A stretch of DNA of 64,000 bases from a virus. Lineage: Duplodnaviria; Caudoviricetes. Positions 9,822-20,722 of this stretch are shown here, piece after piece. The first letter of the stretch is position 1, and every line of letters starts with the position of its first letter. Under the pieces are notes generated by a model. That model was not told the DNA's origin. It saw only the letters and a list, made by a program, of their open reading frames with translations, and made no database searches. Both the position numbers and the translations under genes were made by a program. The stretch is taken from IMG/VR virus record IMGVR_UViG_3300045282_000294, positions 457 through 64,456 of that record; one strand, 5' to 3'.

Positions 9822-12800
9822 CAGGGCACAATCCTCAGAATTCCGTCAGGCCCGACAAATTGCGTTCCCCGCGGGAGTCGGCGGGCTTCCTCAGGCGAGG
9901 CAACCTTCACCGGTCCGGCGCCGGCCTGTGGTGCGACGGGCGCTGCAGCTGCAGGCTGACCAGGCGCAACCGGGCCCCTGGCGCCCTGCGCTGACCTCAG
10001 AGTGCCAGGCGCGGCGGGAGCGGGCGCAGTTTGGGCAGGTGGTGCCGGCTGCTGTTGGGCGGGGCCCTCGCGTTGCAGCTCCTTCCACCACTCATACCCT
10101 CCAAGCTCGGCTCGCTTCAACGCATCGGTTAGAAACCCTTCATATCCTTTTGGGACTTGTCCTGTCGTGGCCACTTGCGAGCGTATGAAATCCATATTGG
10201 AGCGCTGCGCGGCGTCCATACCCCGAGTAAGATTGTTCATGATGTTGTTGTTTCGGAGCACATCCGAACGAACGGTCCTATCGTTAGAAGCCAGCAAGGC
10301 GCGCTTGTATGCAGCTTCGTCTTTTTGAGTTTGTATAGCTTGTCTGCCTTCTCCGGTAATTGCCGCCCTGCGCTCCGCAGAACGAAGTTTCTCGCGCTCT
10401 ATGGTATCCTTGCCCTCTTGCCCTTCAAGTTGCTGCTGGTAAGCCTTTCGCTTTTCCTGCTGCGACGGATACATCGCTCGCGCTCTGTCAGCCGCGGTTG
10501 CCGCCGGTTCAGGCGGCAAGTCTTCCTTCCTGACTTGCGTCCCCCACGGCGTGCCGCGCTCCAGCAGATCCTGCGCAGCCTGTCGTTGCCACGGCTTCCC
10601 GCGCTCCAGCATTTCCTGTGCTATCTGTCCTTCTAAGGTTGCCTGATATTCTTTCCGCTCCGCGCCCTGCGATGCGTACGGGTACTTCAGCCACGCCTGC
10701 GCTTTCGGCGGCAAACCAGACCCCGGTGCTACAGGCGTGGGCGCCCCGCCGCCGAACGGTCCTTCGCCGACATCATACTTGATGGCCGGGACGAAATAAT
10801 CGGCCGTGCCAGAAGCGCGAAGTGCCCTGTCGACGTCGCGATACCTATTCACTCTTTCAGCGCGGCGGGTAGGATCAGCAAGATTGAGAGGGTTACCCCC
10901 GACCCGGTCCGTGTAAGTCCCTCTACTAGTAAGGAACCCACGATCGCGCTTGTTTGCTGGCACCACGGGCCGCTCATCACGCCAATCAACGCGCTGCGCC
11001 GGGGCTTGAGCTCTGTAACCAGTTTGAGAAGCGGCCGGGGCCGCGGAAGCGGTTGCGCCAGTTGCTCCAAGAGTCCCTGGCACCCCCTTCTCGGCCATCT
11101 GATCGAAATGCCCGTTATCGAGGAGCTCCTTGAACTTTTCGGGGGGGAGCTCGTAGGACGTCACCCGCCCATCCTTCCCCGTCGCAGCCAGCGTAACATT
11201 GCCTTCCGGGGTTACTGCCCCCTTCACGCTGGTGTCGTTTGGGATGAGATTGTGCGCGTGCTCGAACGCCTTGACCGCCGCGTCGATATTGCCCTGAGCC
11301 ATCGCGGCTTGGCCGATTGCACGGGCCTGATCGTAGGGCTGCCGCAACGCCTGCACGGTGCGGGACGCCCCGTCGAAATCGTTCCGGCTCATGAAATTAT
11401 CGAAAATCTCCTGGATCGTGTCGTTGTGCGATCCGTTCGGATTGGCCGCCTCGGTATCGCGGATCGCCTGCTGGATCTTCTCGGGCGGGTGCCCTCGCTC
11501 GCCGCGGGCGTAAGCCGCAAGCGCATCCTTGAGCGAACCGTAACGGCGGGATGCGGCGTCAGCCGCACTTGAGGCGACATCGCCTACGACCCCGGCAGCT
11601 CCGCGCGCTACATCTGCCACGCCCGACCCGACGTTTGACACGAGCCGTTGGGCGGCTCCGCCTAGCAACGGCACGATGCCGCTCTCGGCTGTCAGCGGGG
11701 CCCACGGCCCGTATTGGTCGCCCTGTCGGACAGGAATTGTCAGTGCTGGCCCAAAGCGACCACCGCCGACCTGCAATCTTGTTGTAGTTGGAACGACATC
11801 ATTCGGCGTAGGCTCGGGCCACACCTCGGAAGACCGCTCGCCGGCCTGCGCTTCCTCTGGCGGTAGAGCCCGCGCTTCCTCTGGCGGCGGAACCCCACGC
11901 GCTTCATCCGGCGGCGGAACCCCACGCGCTTCCTCTGGCGGCGGCGCCGCCTCTATCGTGGTAGGCTCGCGCTCAGCGGTGAGCGAGTTGCCATAACTAT
12001 ACCGGAGCCGCTCCCGGCGTGCCTCCTCGTCGGGAGATGGCCTCTCATCTGAGTAAGCGTAATCGACACCGCCTCGGGCCGCGCGTTGGCGTTCGTACTT
12101 GGCTAGAAGTTCGGGAGTGCCGGCATCAATGACTTCGCCACCTTCCGCATAGCCGGTACGCGGTTGACCAATTTGATGGAGCCCGAACTGCTTGCGAGTG
12201 TAGTCGAGCACCTGGCCGAGCGGAGAACGGCCGTCGTCAGCAACCTCGCCGCCGCCTGCGTAGCCGCGCACTAGACCGCCACGGGCGTAGCCGACACCTC
12301 CAGTTTCCGCTGCTTCCAGCAGAGCCTTTTCTTGCTCCAGCGACCACTTGGGCGCCGTGCTGGAATAGACGTCGTCATCTTCCCGGTCAGCCTCTTCAAC
12401 TGGACCGCCAGACTGATACCCGGTATCTCCCCCCGGCTGTTGTAGAGCCGGCGGCCCCATCAGAATTGCTGGCGCAGACTGTCCCGTTTGCGCTGCTGTA
12501 GATGGGAAATTATATCCAGTCGGAAACGGGAACCTGCCTACGGACGCTGTTGGTCGGGCCGCCGCCCACGTACCTGTTACCGACGAATCTGCTGGTGGCA
12601 AGGACGCCGCCCACGTATCCGGCGGCGGCGGCCCGCCCTGGTAGCCCACAGCGGCCAAGCCCCCCATACCGCTTTGACGTTGCCGGCCTCTCGATGCCCC
12701 TCGGGCCCCTGACATGGCCCTGTTAACAATCCGGCTGGATATCCCATCCGCTTGCTTACCATCATCGTACTCGTTGCCGGGCTCATTACCCGCCTCAAAG

Positions 12801-12847
12801 CCGGTGTCATCGTCGGTAGCCGCAGGGCGTCGCAGTCGAGCCATCAC
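9821..12847 (-). CDS. putative internal virion / ejection protein
   Basis: 1008 aa, low complexity, repeated GYxxGG motifs; position in the podovirus ejection-protein block. Confidence 0.55.
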   Translation of the reverse strand: MMARLRRPAATDDDTGFEAGNEPGNEYDDGKQADGISSRIVNRAMSGARGASRGRQRQSGMGGLAAVGYQGGPPPPDTWAASLPPADSSVTGTWAAARPTASVGRFPFPTGYNFPSTAAQTGQSAPAILMGPPALQQPGGDTGYQSGGPVEEADREDDDVYSSTAPKWSLEQEKALLEAAETGGVGYARGGLVRGYAGGGEVADDGRSPLGQVLDYTRKQFGLHQIGQPRTGYAEGGEVIDAGTPELLAKYERQRAARGGVDYAYSDERPSPDEEARRERLRYSYGNSLTAEREPTTIEAAPPPEEARGVPPPDEARGVPPPEEARALPPEEAQAGERSSEVWPEPTPNDVVPTTTRLQVGGGRFGPALTIPVRQGDQYGPWAPLTAESGIVPLLGGAAQRLVSNVGSGVADVARGAAGVVGDVASSAADAASRRYGSLKDALAAYARGERGHPPEKIQQAIRDTEAANPNGSHNDTIQEIFDNFMSRNDFDGASRTVQALRQPYDQARAIGQAAMAQGNIDAAVKAFEHAHNLIPNDTSVKGAVTPEGNVTLAATGKDGRVTSYELPPEKFKELLDNGHFDQMAEKGVPGTLGATGATASAAPAASQTGYRAQAPAQRVDWRDERPVVPANKRDRGFLTSRGTYTDRVGGNPLNLADPTRRAERVNRYRDVDRALRASGTADYFVPAIKYDVGEGPFGGGAPTPVAPGSGLPPKAQAWLKYPYASQGAERKEYQATLEGQIAQEMLERGKPWQRQAAQDLLERGTPWGTQVRKEDLPPEPAATAADRARAMYPSQQEKRKAYQQQLEGQEGKDTIEREKLRSAERRAAITGEGRQAIQTQKDEAAYKRALLASNDRTVRSDVLRNNNIMNNLTRGMDAAQRSNMDFIRSQVATTGQVPKGYEGFLTDALKRAELGGYEWWKELQREGPAQQQPAPPAQTAPAPAAPGTLRSAQGARGPVAPGQPAAAAPVAPQAGAGPVKVASPEEARRLPRGTQFVGPDGILRIVP
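11849..11946 (-). repeat. coding tandem repeat of ~27 nt (PPPEEARGV x3-4)
   Basis: repeated cgcgcttcctctggcggcggaacccca units. Confidence 0.8.
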
Positions 12848-13989
12848 GCCGCTCCATATCCGACGGCAGTTTCATCGCTGCCGTTCCCAGAGGTGGCGCG
12901 CGTCTTACGCACCTGCGCCATCAACTTGTAGAAGAACTCTTGACCTTTCCAAGCGGCCACGTCTTTCGGGATAATGAACTCCCCGGCGGTCAAACTGGCA
13001 GGGACATCATCGACCGCGCCGCCATTGGAACGGCTGAGCTCGTCCGGCACCGGGCCGCCTTTTGCGGCCATCACGCTTCCACCAAATCCGCTGTACCCTG
13101 GTATTGCGGTTGCCGGCATGCCGCCGCTTAAGCCAGTTGTTGGCGGGTATTGCTGGGAAGCATTAAAGCCGCTGCTTTCCCCCGTCATCTGCGCGTCACC
13201 GGTAGTGGTCGACTGCGCGTCACCCGTAGTGGTGGACTGCCCGCTCGACACCGAAGTGCCGCCCGAAGTGGTTCCCAGCGGGGCATACTTCAAGTTCGCC
13301 GCCGTCCCCAGCAGCGCGTTCGCTCCGGTGCCCGCCCCGTAGCCGGTCTGGATATTCTGCGCCCCCGTCGCAATGGCTTGGTTTTGCATGGCAGTGCCTT
13401 GCGCAAAGTCAGACATCCGTTGCTGATTGCCGGCCCCGGCCGCCGCAGCACCAGCCTGCACCCGGCTGGCGGTGTCGAGCGCGGCATAGCGTCCGCTCGA
13501 TGGATCGATGCCATAACTCTGCAGGTCGCGGATTGCGCTCTGCCGGCCAGCTTCGGCACCTTGCTGTACCCCCGCCTCGGCCATCCCCATATCGGCCCTG
13601 ACCCGCTGCGGGCTGGCGTAGGACAGCGCGTTCCGCATCAGCGCGTCGATGTTGCCCTGTTGTTTGTTGAACTGGTCCATACCCCACTGGTAGACCTGCG
13701 GCGCCATGGACTGCGCCTGCTTGGCGATCGCTTCCAGAATGGGGGTCTGCGAGTACTCAGGAATGTAAGATTGGGAAAAGTTCTGGGTGGCCGCATCCTG
13801 GGTGCTCTGCGCTCGCGAGACGTTGGTGCTCTGCGCCCGCGTAACGTTGGTGCTCTGCTGCTGGCTTTGTTGTTGTCCGACCGACTGGCCGGGGGCAGCA
13901 GCCACCGCCCCTAAAGTCCCCGCCGTTGTACCGGCGCTACTAGGATAGACCGCTTGTCCGCCAGGTCCCCACGTTCCGATGGCTGTCAT
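12844..13989 (-). CDS. putative internal virion / DNA-transfer protein
   Basis: Q/A/G-rich with QST repeats; C-terminal DDVPASLTAGEFIIPKDVAAWKG motif. Confidence 0.55.
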   Translation of the reverse strand: MTAIGTWGPGGQAVYPSSAGTTAGTLGAVAAAPGQSVGQQQSQQQSTNVTRAQSTNVSRAQSTQDAATQNFSQSYIPEYSQTPILEAIAKQAQSMAPQVYQWGMDQFNKQQGNIDALMRNALSYASPQRVRADMGMAEAGVQQGAEAGRQSAIRDLQSYGIDPSSGRYAALDTASRVQAGAAAAGAGNQQRMSDFAQGTAMQNQAIATGAQNIQTGYGAGTGANALLGTAANLKYAPLGTTSGGTSVSSGQSTTTGDAQSTTTGDAQMTGESSGFNASQQYPPTTGLSGGMPATAIPGYSGFGGSVMAAKGGPVPDELSRSNGGAVDDVPASLTAGEFIIPKDVAAWKGQEFFYKLMAQVRKTRATSGNGSDETAVGYGAA

Positions 13990-14274
13990 CGTCGGCCTCT
14001 ATTTAAAAGCTTGACTTATACTGAAGCCAGCAAAAGCCATTTAGCACGTTTCAAAAGTCAAGTCCCGAACTCGGTAAACCCGTCTTTCAATACCGTGCGG
14101 CGCACGACCGGCAAACTGAGAATAGTCACATCAAGCCCGATCGTCGGCAGCAGCACGGCAATCCCCTTTCCAGGCGGTAGCGGCGGCGGCCCCGACAGCC
14201 AATGAACATTGATAATCCGCTGGAAGAAATCCTCGCCATAGGGCGGGTTCGGGCCACCACCCTCGCGCGGCGGT

Positions 14275-14580
14275 TCAGGTGTCGGCGGCATGCGGGCCCG
14301 CCAGATAATCCCACTCGAATATTTCCTTGGTCACCAGATTTTGAAACGTCAGTTTCATGATGCGCTCGACGTCGACCCAATTGTCGGGATTGTCCGGGTT
14401 CGTGATCCGGATGATTTTTGTCACCCGGCTACGCTCGACCCAATGCATAGCACCATCGAACTGGTTCATTAAAATCGTGAGGATGTCCTTCATCTGATTG
14501 ACGGTGGCAATCACCGACGGCAGATCGGTCGTCCGCGCGAGGGCCGGGAATTCGACGCCGGGGCGCCCCTTGTTAGCCAT
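14275..14580 (-). CDS. hypothetical virion-module protein
   Basis: ORF coupled to its neighbours. Confidence 0.5.
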   Translation of the reverse strand: MANKGRPGVEFPALARTTDLPSVIATVNQMKDILTILMNQFDGAMHWVERSRVTKIIRITNPDNPDNWVDVERIMKLTFQNLVTKEIFEWDYLAGPHAADT

Positions 14581-14583
14581 GGC

Positions 14584-16857
14584 TTACACCAGTCCAAGCT
14601 CTTTCACGGACGTGGCAATCTGCATGTTGCTGACGTTGACGCGCCCTTCGATTTCGATCTGCCACTGCTCGGCCACGCTGCCGGAGTAAATCCGCAGCAA
14701 CTCACCGCTCTTACACAATTCGCGCGTGGTCCAGAGTTGGCCGTCGGCATAGACGCGAATGACGCCATACTGGTTCGGGCCCAGCGTCGGCTGCGGCTCG
14801 GCGGTGTTGCGGTCGCCCTGCGCTGGCGTGGTTGCCGGCACGGTGAACCAGACCCGCATGGCCTGGAAGTTCTTGCGCGACTGCTGCTGATAGATCTTGG
14901 AGCGCCACTTGTAAGGCACGATGGTCGGCGCCGCGTCGGCGAAATCGTAGTAATACAGCGCCCCGTTCTGGATCAGCATCCCGACCCCGGTCCAGGCGTC
15001 CGACAGCACGTTGACGATGTCCATTCCATTCGGGGACGTCAATGGCATGAAGCCAAGCCGGTGCCCGCCTGGCTGCGGCCAGATCGTAAATGAGGTCTGA
15101 TCCTGGCCCGACAGCTCGATGGTGAACCCCTGTTGTGCCACCGATACGTCAGTGCCATGCACCGAGCCGAAGGCAAAATAGGACGTCGCGTTCTTGATCG
15201 CCCGGACGTATTTGTACGGCGTCAACGCCTGCCAGCGCTCGCGGCTGATCCAGCCTTCGCTCACATTGCTGCCGGCCCCAGACTGCGCGACCTGGATCAA
15301 GCCGTTCGGTGACACGTAGAACACAGTGGTGTCGGTGGCGACGATCGAGCCCCGGTGCAAGCACGGCTCATGCAGATTGATCTTCGTCAGCGCCATGGTT
15401 GCCGGATTGACGCCGTTGACGAGATACGGCGTGCCGGCCGTACAGACCACCAGCGACTGTCCGCACACCCCCAAGCCGACGATCGGAAACTCGGTGGTGA
15501 TCACATAGTTTGGCGGCCAGGCGTGCGGGCGATAAGGCTCGGAGAACCAGATCTCATTGGCCTGGAAGCCGACGGCGATGCCGTTGGGCAGCCCGATGAT
15601 GGCCTTGAGCCCCGTCGGCGGAGCCGACCAGAACAACGATAGCATTTGCTCGTTCAACGCAATTGTCGCGTCATCCGATTTGTCGACATAACCCGTCTGT
15701 GTGATCGGAATTTCGTCGACGTAGAAATACGTCCCCTGGCCTTGCTGGCTGGTTACCGACCGGTAGATCCGCGTTTTTGTATAATGCGGATCCGGCGGCG
15801 CAGGCGGATAGACCGTCACGGTCCAAGTCGCATTTGACCAGCCGTTCACCACCGTTGGCAAGCTGGGCGGCCCTTCTTCGTCGAACTCGGTCACCCAGGT
15901 GTAGACGTAGGCGCGCGCCTGAAGGATGGAGTCGCCCTGCAAATCGGCCCACAACTGCCAGGAAGGTTGCCCACCAGCATTTGCTGTCAAGTTTTGCGGC
16001 GGGCCATTGGAATAGGTATTGGCGCCAACATAACCGCCAAGATTGGTCGGGTCGGCAACGGTAACGTAGATCGCATCGTCGTAGGCAATGCCGATCCAGT
16101 AGGGGACGTTGGAAATGACGGAAACGCCATTGGTGATTGGGCTCGACGCAGCCACTCCGGCAGCCGCCCCGACAACTTCCTCGCCGACGCCAAGCAGTTC
16201 CCCCGGCACTCCGGCGTTGTTCGTGTAGACCACCGCCTGAAAGCGGACGGTCGCGTCGTCCGACGCTGGCATGAAACTGACCGACTGGACCAGCATCGTG
16301 CCGGTGGGCCTAATCGGGACGAGAAAAAGACCGTTGGCAAATCGCAGGTCGGCACCGCCACCGGAAGGCGCCAGAGTTGAAAACCCGAACTGCAGAACGC
16401 TGCCGCCACCATCGACAGTTACGACAGGCGGGGTCGGCGGGGCCGGTACCCCAAGGGGGAAGGGCGGCTGCGGCTCGTCGCAGGCGCAATGATGCCCGGT
16501 AATGCGATCGTAGGTGTTGTATTGAGGCGGGGCCGACGGGCTGGCAAAGTAGTAGCGCTGGTAGATATCGTTCACCACCGGCGTGCGCATCACAGTCGTG
16601 TCGGCGTCTGCAAACTCCCACCAGAAGCCGTCGGTCGCCGTGATCGCGGTGTTGGCCGAGTCTTTGTTTGGTAGCCGGTACACGTATTTTGTCGCGCTGT
16701 CTTTCAACGTGTAAAGCAGCTTGGGCTGCCGCCAGCCGATCAAAGCCCCCGAGAACAGATAGCCGTTCTGGGCATAGGCGGCCTGCCCGTCGGGCAGCAG
16801 CAAGTCATCCCAAGCGGGAAGCATCCCGCCAAATTTGTCCAGCTTCAGCGCAGTCAT
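14584..16857 (-). CDS. tail tubular / DNA-stabilisation (nozzle-like) protein
   Basis: YVYTWVTEFDEEGPPS, IWFSEPYRPHAWP and YKWRSK motifs; beta-propeller-like; podovirus position. Confidence 0.65.
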   Translation of the reverse strand: MTALKLDKFGGMLPAWDDLLLPDGQAAYAQNGYLFSGALIGWRQPKLLYTLKDSATKYVYRLPNKDSANTAITATDGFWWEFADADTTVMRTPVVNDIYQRYYFASPSAPPQYNTYDRITGHHCACDEPQPPFPLGVPAPPTPPVVTVDGGGSVLQFGFSTLAPSGGGADLRFANGLFLVPIRPTGTMLVQSVSFMPASDDATVRFQAVVYTNNAGVPGELLGVGEEVVGAAAGVAASSPITNGVSVISNVPYWIGIAYDDAIYVTVADPTNLGGYVGANTYSNGPPQNLTANAGGQPSWQLWADLQGDSILQARAYVYTWVTEFDEEGPPSLPTVVNGWSNATWTVTVYPPAPPDPHYTKTRIYRSVTSQQGQGTYFYVDEIPITQTGYVDKSDDATIALNEQMLSLFWSAPPTGLKAIIGLPNGIAVGFQANEIWFSEPYRPHAWPPNYVITTEFPIVGLGVCGQSLVVCTAGTPYLVNGVNPATMALTKINLHEPCLHRGSIVATDTTVFYVSPNGLIQVAQSGAGSNVSEGWISRERWQALTPYKYVRAIKNATSYFAFGSVHGTDVSVAQQGFTIELSGQDQTSFTIWPQPGGHRLGFMPLTSPNGMDIVNVLSDAWTGVGMLIQNGALYYYDFADAAPTIVPYKWRSKIYQQQSRKNFQAMRVWFTVPATTPAQGDRNTAEPQPTLGPNQYGVIRVYADGQLWTTRELCKSGELLRIYSGSVAEQWQIEIEGRVNVSNMQIATSVKELGLV

Positions 16858-17348
16858 CTTTTACCCAGCGTCGCCTTGTTGGCAGGGAAGACCTCGTTCT
16901 GGCCCGGATTGGGATGGTGCACCGGCGCCATCGTGCCCAGCCGCTCGCGCTCTTCAGCTTCGACCTTCTGCCGCATCTCGCGGCCCCTTTGCTGCTCAGC
17001 CTCGACCTTTGCCACCGCCGCCCTTCCGGCGGCCTGTTCGGCAGAGAGGGCTTCCTGCATGCCCGCAGTCAGCGGCGGCGGGGCCGGCGGCTCACTGGCC
17101 GTTGTCTCGTTCCGCATCTCGCGAACGCGCTCGAGCAGATGCTCGCGGGTTTCGTCGCTGGAAATCAGCGCGGTCTTTTCCATGTCGTCCACGGCGACCT
17201 TGCGCGCCTCGGCATCCTGCTTCGCTGCATGGGCGACCTTCTTCTTCTCGGCCTCGGCCTGCTCGCGCTCATGCTGCGCGGCTTCTGCCCTGATCCTGGC
17301 TGCTCGCTCTTTGGCGCTGACGACCGAGTCGGCGGTACGTTCGTTCAT
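16854..17348 (-). CDS. hypothetical coiled-coil protein
   Basis: AAAGGAGG RBS; charged helical sequence. Confidence 0.55.
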   Translation of the reverse strand: MNERTADSVVSAKERAARIRAEAAQHEREQAEAEKKKVAHAAKQDAEARKVAVDDMEKTALISSDETREHLLERVREMRNETTASEPPAPPPLTAGMQEALSAEQAAGRAAVAKVEAEQQRGREMRQKVEAEERERLGTMAPVHHPNPGQNEVFPANKATLGKR

Positions 17349-17368
17349 GTCAGTCTCCTCCTTTGTCT

Positions 17369-17650
17369 TCAGGGGGCAACCACCGTGAAGGATATGGTGT
17401 CCGTCTTCACATTGGCGAACGAGTCGGTCATCACAAGCGTCACCGTCGCGGTTTCGCCCACCGCGCCGCCGTCCACGAAAAACTGGATCTCCCGCCCCAA
17501 CACGGTTGGCGTATCGACGGTGCAGGTTGCCGACGAGGACGTGGCGTCAGCGCTGACGATCGTCGCCGCATTGTCGAGCCATTTGCCGTACAAGACCGTC
17601 CACCGCCGCGTGTCGCCCGCCGTGTGAGTCTTACTGCCCAGGATACCCAT
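17369..17650 (-). CDS. putative fibre-tail adaptor
   Basis: YGKWL..IVSA..FFVDGG.VGET..V small beta protein next to the fibre genes. Confidence 0.5.
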   Translation of the reverse strand: MGILGSKTHTAGDTRRWTVLYGKWLDNAATIVSADATSSSATCTVDTPTVLGREIQFFVDGGAVGETATVTLVMTDSFANVKTDTISFTVVAP

Positions 17651-17772
17651 CGGCCTGCACCTCGATCTCTCTGATCTCGCCCGGCACCTCGATCACCCGT
17701 GACTCCTCGCGGAGCACGATAGTCCGATCTTCTTCAGGCACGATGATGACGTCGTCGTTCATTCTGCTTCTC

Positions 17773-18066
17773 TCATATCAGCTTCTGCACCGCAGTCTCG
17801 ACCGCGGTCTGCAATGCCGCGTCGGTGATTGCGGCACCGTCAGCCTGCACCGCATCGTCGTTGACCACGGTCGAGATTACCTGATTGACTGCCATTTCTG
17901 GCGACGCCAGCGTGTTTTGTGCCCACTTATATCGAGTGGAGTGTGCAGGCACGTCAGGGGCCTCATCCGTGATGTACGCCGCATAATGACAGCAACTCAC
18001 GTTGACCCGACCACGGAATGCTGTGTCCTTGGTCAGTGCATAGGTTTCTTCATACGTCAGAGCCAT
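17773..18066 (-). CDS. hypothetical virion protein
   Basis: AGGAG RBS; ORF in the operon. Confidence 0.55.
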   Translation of the reverse strand: MALTYEETYALTKDTAFRGRVNVSCCHYAAYITDEAPDVPAHSTRYKWAQNTLASPEMAVNQVISTVVNDDAVQADGAAITDAALQTAVETAVQKLI

Positions 18067-18075
18067 TGTGGTCTC

Positions 18076-19632
18076 CTATGGTCCCTCTAATGCCGCAACG
18101 CGAGCGCGCAGAGCTTTGATTTCCTGGATCAGCAGCGGCACGAACTTGCTGTAGTCGACAGCCCACATGTCGAGCGTCGGGTCGTGCGTTACCGCCTCGG
18201 GAAAGACCTGGATCGCCTGCTGCGCTACCACACCATGCGCGCGTGCTCCGGTGGACCGCCACGCAAAATTATAGACCTGCATGGCATCGAGAGCCGGCCC
18301 GGCATCAAATGCCTGAAAGTCCGTCTTCAACCGCTCGTCGGACGACGTGTTGTAGGACGTAGCTGTCGCTGTCGTTAAGATGGTGCCGACCTGCGTCCCG
18401 GCGGCGTTGTAGAACACGGCCGGGTAAGAATTGTCAGTGCCCGGGCGGCAGGTCACGCCGAAGGTGGTACCGCCTGCGTAGCCGACGTTGATGGCTGTCG
18501 CCACCGCAGCGTATGCGCTAGAGCCAGCTCGCACTAAAGGTGTTGTTATGTAGGGTGTTGTAATGTTGGTCGGGACATTCATTGCGCCATTAGCGATCGA
18601 GCACTGCAGCGTGCCGCTGTTGTCGCGAAACTCGTGCGTCGTCTGATAGTGCGTGTTGAACCCGATGGCGCTGGTGCCGAGCGCCAGCCGCGTCAGCCCA
18701 TCCGGCCCGGCCAGGTAGTTGTAGTTCGCGTCGTGCTGCAAGAACGCGTTGCTGCCGGTGTAAATATTCCCGCTCAAGGTCAGGGAACCACTCAGCGTCA
18801 GCGATGCCGCGCTCGGGGCGCCGGGGAGGACCACGTTGTTAGCGATCCCGAGGTTCCCGGCATTGACCCGCAGCGTGCCGTCGATGTTGAGCGAGAGCGT
18901 CGTGCCGGCTAATGCCAGCGGCGGGGTCGCGGTGGCAACGCCCACTGTCCCTTGTGCGCCGGTCGGGCCAGTCGCACCTGCTCCACCCGGTGTACCGGCT
19001 GTGCCCTGTGATCCCGTCGGTCCAGTGGCCCCCGCAGGCCCCGCACCACCCGCCGTTCCGGCAGAACCAGTAGGTCCAGTCGCCCCGATCGTGCCAGCTG
19101 TTCCTTGCGGTCCGGTTGCGCCAGCGGGGCCTATTCCACCAGGGGCGCCAACACCCCCAACGGCCCCCGTGGGTCCGGTTGCGCCCGCGGTCCCGCTGCT
19201 GCCTTGCGATCCTGTAGGGCCAAGCGGCCCTGCACTGCCGGGGCTACCGACGCTGCCAGTATCACCCTTCGCGCCTTGTGGACCAGTCGCTCCCGTAGGC
19301 CCAGCACCCGCTGGCGGCACCGTCACCCAGTTTGCGTCCTGGCGACCATACAAACTGCCATCGACGGGCGCGTCGTCGAACTCATACGGCGCCATCGACA
19401 TCCAGTCGCCATCGGCGCGCCCGTAGCATTGACCGTCGAACGGCGCGTCCGAGGTAATCGCACCGTCAGTCCCCGCGGCGCCCGCCGCTCCGGTCGGCCC
19501 GGTCGGGCCAGCAACTCCCGTCGGCCCAGGCGGTCCAGCGCCGTCAAAATTCGCTGGCCCAGTCGGCCCGGTATTCCCGGCCACCACCACCGGGAACGCT
19601 TTGACCGGAGCTGCTGGGATGACGCTGACCAT
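18076..19632 (-). CDS. tail fibre: collagen-like repeats, two foldon-like motifs, C-terminal intramolecular chaperone (peptidase S74-like)
   Basis: G-x-T triplets; [30 protein letters not shown]. Confidence 0.8.
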   Translation of the reverse strand: MVSVIPAAPVKAFPVVVAGNTGPTGPANFDGAGPPGPTGVAGPTGPTGAAGAAGTDGAITSDAPFDGQCYGRADGDWMSMAPYEFDDAPVDGSLYGRQDANWVTVPPAGAGPTGATGPQGAKGDTGSVGSPGSAGPLGPTGSQGSSGTAGATGPTGAVGGVGAPGGIGPAGATGPQGTAGTIGATGPTGSAGTAGGAGPAGATGPTGSQGTAGTPGGAGATGPTGAQGTVGVATATPPLALAGTTLSLNIDGTLRVNAGNLGIANNVVLPGAPSAASLTLSGSLTLSGNIYTGSNAFLQHDANYNYLAGPDGLTRLALGTSAIGFNTHYQTTHEFRDNSGTLQCSIANGAMNVPTNITTPYITTPLVRAGSSAYAAVATAINVGYAGGTTFGVTCRPGTDNSYPAVFYNAAGTQVGTILTTATATSYNTSSDERLKTDFQAFDAGPALDAMQVYNFAWRSTGARAHGVVAQQAIQVFPEAVTHDPTLDMWAVDYSKFVPLLIQEIKALRARVAALEGP

Positions 19633-19648
19633 TAATGGGCCTCGTGCA

Positions 19649-20710
19649 TCATGGCTCGAACACCCCGCCACTGCCGGTGGCGCCCGCGACTGTCCCAGGG
19701 GGCGTCCGCCCTCCCATGCTGATGATCGAGTTCTCGACAACGCTGTACTGCTGCCCAAAGCAACCCGTGTTGTTTATGGCAGTCGCGCTGTCCCACTGCT
19801 GCACCGACAACGACTCGCACAACAAAAACACATCGGCGGTGATGTTGGTGAAATAATAATTCGATGTCTCCCCCGTATCCAGATTGGCACCAGTGGTCGT
19901 GGAATGCCGTTCGACTTGAACGACCGACGAGACGTGATTGCTGGCGCCGATAAACGACATTGTCCCAAAAGCCGTCGTAAAAAACCCGCCGTTGACAATC
20001 CAAAGCATGACGCTCGGATAGGCGGCGACCTCCATCGAAATCTGGCAACTTTGTGCAATCAATTGCGAACTATCCGCCCTGATCCCAGTAACGCGGAATG
20101 ACGATGCAACATTCATGACGATCGATACGCCGCTGATGTGCGTCGATGAGATACCGAACAGCAACAACGATATCACTTCATTCGAATACACGACCGGCAA
20201 GATGCGGTAGGCCGTGAGGTTGGCGGGGTCACCAATGATCGCAATATTCCCACTAAATGGGCCGATTACTGCCCCCGCATAGTCGCCCGCAACACCCAGC
20301 CGCATGTTGATGGTCGCCCCCGCCGACCCGACATAGCGCGTGCGGACGGTAGCCCAGCAGCCATTGATCGTGCGGAACGCACTCGCCGGCGTGTTGGCAG
20401 AGCCGTCATTGGCGTCATCGCCGTCGGGCCGGATCCAAAAGGTGGCGTCGCTTACCAAAAGCGTCAGGCCAGAACCGGTTGGACCGGTTGCTCCGGTATT
20501 CGCCGCGGTCCCGGGAACCCCGGTTGGCCCGGTCGGTCCAGTCGGCCCGCCGCACGGCCCGGTCGGGCCCGACGGCCCTGACGGCCCAGTCACGAAAGGC
20601 CCGGTCGCGCCAGTCGGCCCGGTCGGTCCACCAGCCGGTCCGGTCGGGCCGTTGACGACGACAACCGGCATCGCTGCAACGGGTGCAGGCGTATTCGATT
20701 GCGTCGACAT
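19649..20710 (-). CDS. collagen-like tail fibre / spike protein
   Basis: GPT repeats, then [18 protein letters not shown] and a beta-helix-like C-terminus. Confidence 0.7.
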   Translation of the reverse strand: MSTQSNTPAPVAAMPVVVVNGPTGPAGGPTGPTGATGPFVTGPSGPSGPTGPCGGPTGPTGPTGVPGTAANTGATGPTGSGLTLLVSDATFWIRPDGDDANDGSANTPASAFRTINGCWATVRTRYVGSAGATINMRLGVAGDYAGAVIGPFSGNIAIIGDPANLTAYRILPVVYSNEVISLLLFGISSTHISGVSIVMNVASSFRVTGIRADSSQLIAQSCQISMEVAAYPSVMLWIVNGGFFTTAFGTMSFIGASNHVSSVVQVERHSTTTGANLDTGETSNYYFTNITADVFLLCESLSVQQWDSATAINNTGCFGQQYSVVENSIISMGGRTPPGTVAGATGSGGVFEP

Positions 20711-20722
20711 CAGCCAAACCCC